The translations under genes and the position numbers were made by a program. From Pseudovirgaria hyperparasitica (taxonomy: Eukaryota), in the NCBI GenBank assembly GCA_010093815.1, contig ML996572.1: DNA of 64,000 bases; one strand, written 5' to 3'. The number at the start of each line of letters is the position of its first letter. Within the stretch, counting starts at the first letter, position 1. This document shows positions 60,756 through 64,000 of this stretch, piece after piece. A model generated the notes under the pieces. It was not told the origin of the DNA. It saw nothing but the letters and a program-made list of their open reading frames with translations, and made no database searches.

Positions 60756-61269
60756 CTAAACATTCTTCTCCATAAAATCCTTCGCCTCGTTGATCTTCGT
60801 CGCCAAATACGGACTCCCACCGCGATCAGGATGGTTCAGCAGCATCATCTGCCGATGCTTCTTGCGCACCAGTTCCTTTGTCGTGCCTCGCTCCCTACAT
60901 CTCGTCAGTCACATCATATTCCATCGCATGTCCTGTCCGCAGACGTCTTCGTGTGATATCGCTCCGTGGCTGTACGTACTGTAGCCCCAGTATCAGCGCG
61001 GCCTCCCGCCGGTTCATCTTGCTCTCGAAGCCGCCCTTGTAGAACGCCTTGCCGAAGCCTGCGGAGCCTTTTGCGCGCCCGACCATCCATGCTCGGCCCT
61101 GTTGATGTGTTAGATGCGTGTGTATGTGTGTGCTAGCGAGCGAGCGTGAGAGCAAAGATGAAAGCGACAGAATAAAGAGCTGATGCTAGAGGAGATGTGG
61201 AGGGGAACAAGGACATACGACAAACGCAGCAGCCGCAACACCAACACCGATTGCAATCGCGCCGACCAT
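60756..61269 (-). CDS. PAM18: Mitochondrial import motor J-protein Pam18/Tim14, two introns
   Basis: [20 protein letters not shown] and [22 protein letters not shown]. Confidence 0.93.
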
Positions 61270-61658
61270 GGTGATGCCCTGCTTTTCTTCCTGGGCTGCT
61301 CCTTCGGGGGACGACTGGCTGCGCGGGGGCGGGATCGGGCGATGCGCGAGGGACATGTGTATGTGGTGACGTTTACCAGGAGAGGTGACGCTTTCGAGAA
61401 AGTCGGAATCGCTACGATGTGCAGAGAATGAATGAGATGAGGTTTTTTTCCGGAGGACGTCCTAGATGGTTTCGACCATCGGGACGAGTAATTACTGCTT
61501 GGGCGGAGCGGAGGAGATCGCCCGTGCCGGAGCTTAGCCGCGGCCGCCCAGTCAGGTCCCCAGCTCGCGAAGAAAAAGTTGCATATCGATAAACTAAAAC
61601 TACATCTTCACCGCACCCACGCACACACACTCAACGGCACTGCGTTGAGTCGTTCAAG
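61270..61658. promoter_or_regulatory. Short divergent promoter shared by PAM18 and RLP24, with a PAC-like GAGATGAG (~61434-61441)
   Basis: Head-to-head ATGs with 389 bp between them. GATGAG is the core of the yeast ribosome-biogenesis PAC element. Confidence 0.45.
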
Positions 61659-62526
61659 ATGAGGTAATTGCGCGCTTCTACTCATAATGGCCGTGAGAAT
61701 GCCCTGCTAACCCTAAACAGGATCGAGACTTGCTATTTCTGCTCGCAGCCGGTGTACCCCTCCAAAGGTATATACATCCACACACACACACACACACACA
61801 TCCAGCCAAAGACAGAGACCGAAGCCCACGAACACGAACATAATCTAACACAAACCTCCCAAACGCAGGAATAACATTCGTCCGCAACGACGCCCGACTC
61901 TTCCGCTTCTGCCGCTCAAAATGCCATAAAAACGTAACTCCCCCTTTGCCTCCCTTACTTTCCCTTTAATAAACCCCAAAACCCAACGAAACTAACTCAC
62001 CTCCCCCCTCAAACAGTTCAAAATGAAGCGCAACCCCCGCAAACTAGCCTGGACCAAATCCTTCCGCCGCGCGCACAACAAAGAGCTCGCCGTCGACAGC
62101 ACCCTCCTCTTCGCCGCCCGGCGCAACGTGCCCACGCGCTACAACCGCGACCTCGTCGCCAAAACCCTCAAGGCCATGGCCCGCGTCGCCGAGATCCGCA
62201 AGAAGCGCGAGCGCGTCTTCTACAGACGGCGCATGGCCGGGAATAAGGAGCGGCAGCGCGCCGCGGATCGGAAGCTGGTGCGGGAGAATCAGCATCTTTT
62301 GCCGGTGGGCATGAGGGATGAGGTTAGGAGGGTGTTGGAGGATGGTGATAAGGAAGAGGAGGTCGTGGGTATGGAGGTTGAGGGGCAGGAGGAGGTGCTG
62401 AGTGAGGTGGAAGTGGAGGAGGAGGAGGAGGAGGAGTTGAGGGTCAAGGCGCCGAAGAAGGCGGTTAAGAAGAAGCAGAAGCTTGTGCGCGGGAGCGGGC
62501 CTGAGGCTATGGAGGTGGATGGATGA
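61659..62526 (+). CDS. RLP24: Ribosome biogenesis protein Rlp24, three introns
   Basis: [51 protein letters not shown], and an acidic tail. Confidence 0.95.
61779..61800 (+). repeat. (CA)11 microsatellite in an RLP24 intron
   Basis: Directly visible CA run. Confidence 0.9.
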
Positions 62527-63182
62527 ACGTTGGAGCTGGAGCCGAGAAGAATATTTTTCCACGGTGTAGTGAGATCCCCCCCTTTTTCTCAGTAGTTGGC
62601 ATTGCAAGGAGTTTTCGGCGCAGATTTGACGGGGCAACGGGGCAGAGCACCTCGGAAAGAAAAGACCGGGTTTTTCAATTGGCTTTGTTCTAGGTAGAGC
62701 CGCCCACATTCCCTAGCAGGACTACCTATATACACATGTGTGTACGTATGTGTATGGAAAGCCGTTGACTTTGACAAAAGCCGAGTACATCATATATATC
62801 GGACGTGCGTTGTAGTTCGATAATAGATCTACAGGCAGGCAGACACCCGTGTGCTATGTACAAGAGCAGCAAGATACGAGACGCGGTGGAACGGATCTCT
62901 CTTCTCTGCAGGAAACCTAGATAGTACAACAAAGGACGAGGAAAAAGCTGTAGATGTACAAGGCATCAACGTCGTGATTCCCGTGAGACACATCCTAGTA
63001 GCGAGCATGTACGCTCAAAACATGCCAGGCATGGATGGACAAGACCAAAATAAAAAAACAAGCACACTCCCCACCCACGCCAGTCGTAAACGTCCATCGT
63101 CAGTCCTTCATTTTCTTACATTGACCACCAGGGCTCTCATGGCTCTAATTTTACTTCTACGCATCAATCACTACCACTTCTA

Positions 63183-64000
63183 TTAGTGCGTCCCATTTTC
63201 GCCGTTACTATTACCATTAAGTACCCCGGTCATGCCTATGCCGTCAAAGCCGCCTTCGCCCTGCATGTCTGCCCAGTCCCACTCGAGCGTCATGGGCATC
63301 TGCCACAACTCCTGTGGTACAAATGGTTGCTGGAACGAATTGCCCATATCCATACCACCAGGACCGGTACCAGGCGTGTTGGGTGAGTAGTTTGCGCCAT
63401 TAGTGCCGTTACCGTTGGTCATAAAAGATGATGGAGGCATATCAGAAGAAGATGGCATGTTGCCCATGTTGCTGTCGCCGTTGATATCGGCGCCCCAGCC
63501 ATGTAGAGAGTTGTGGGTAAAGTTGGGGGAGAAAGGGAATGGCTGTATGTTGTTAGTTATGTTTCCACGCCAGTAATCGCCATGATAATATGGTGAAACT
63601 TACCGGGTCCGACGTGTCCGAGTACGCACCGGGCGTCATGCCCGGCCCACTCGGCCCAAATCCGTTCCCATTCACTGGCGTCACAGGTGTGTTGAAGCCT
63701 TGCGACTGCCTTCTCTCGTTATTTTGCGGCGTAACGTGCGGGCGTGGCACGTCAAGATGCGGTGGTGCGGAGCCATTTTTAGATGCGTCTTTGTCTACGT
63801 GATTCTTCCTCTTGCGTCGTGATGAGGTTTCTCGATCAGCTTTTTCGCAAACAACCTTGGCAATGCGTTCAAATTCGGCGCACACGCTTAGCATGCGCTT
63901 CACGCTTGAGTCGGACTCGTACGAGAGCTTTGACAGGAAGCTGACGACGCTGTTCATGAGTTTGAGGTCTGAGCGTGTGCGGGTGTCTTGTGGATTTTGA
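63183..64000 (-). CDS. 3' part of a fungal-specific (probably Zn2Cys6) transcription factor, truncated by the window edge
   Basis: [25 protein letters not shown]-like RRKRK, and C-terminal [21 protein letters not shown]. One intron ending near 63602. Confidence 0.7.

Noticed and set aside
63183..64000. Transcription factor as the cluster regulator
   Set aside because: It lies about 15 kb from the MFS, beyond six unrelated core genes.

Overview
Filamentous ascomycete genomic DNA in three zones. (1) About 1-27,050 is an AT-rich block destroyed by RIP (repeat-induced point mutation), made of nested Ty3/Gypsy chromoviruses. Element C (3' half, +) sits inside element A (-), which sits inside copy 1 of element B (+). 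B copy 1 and a full-length B copy 2 (-, 238-bp LTRs, TAGAA target-site duplication) are both inserted in a diverged relative B'. All three families appear to carry an extra intron-containing gene antisense to pol, downstream of the chromodomain. In B, B' and C this gene de-RIPs to a Zn2Cys6-like cysteine motif. (2) About 28,000-48,600 is a small secondary-metabolite locus: an intronless 12.4-kb PKS-NRPS (KS-AT-DH-cMT-psiER-KR-ACP-C-A-T-R), a PTH11-like membrane pseudogene, a serine beta-lactamase-fold hydrolase, a LINE relic and an MFS transporter. No trans-enoyl reductase or other tailoring gene is visible. (3) About 49,900-64,000 holds ordinary core genes: QIP-like exonuclease, EB1/BIM1, DOMON-cytochrome b561, VAM7, PAM18, RLP24 and the 3' end of a fungal transcription factor. 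All calls come from reading motifs by eye; no searches were run.
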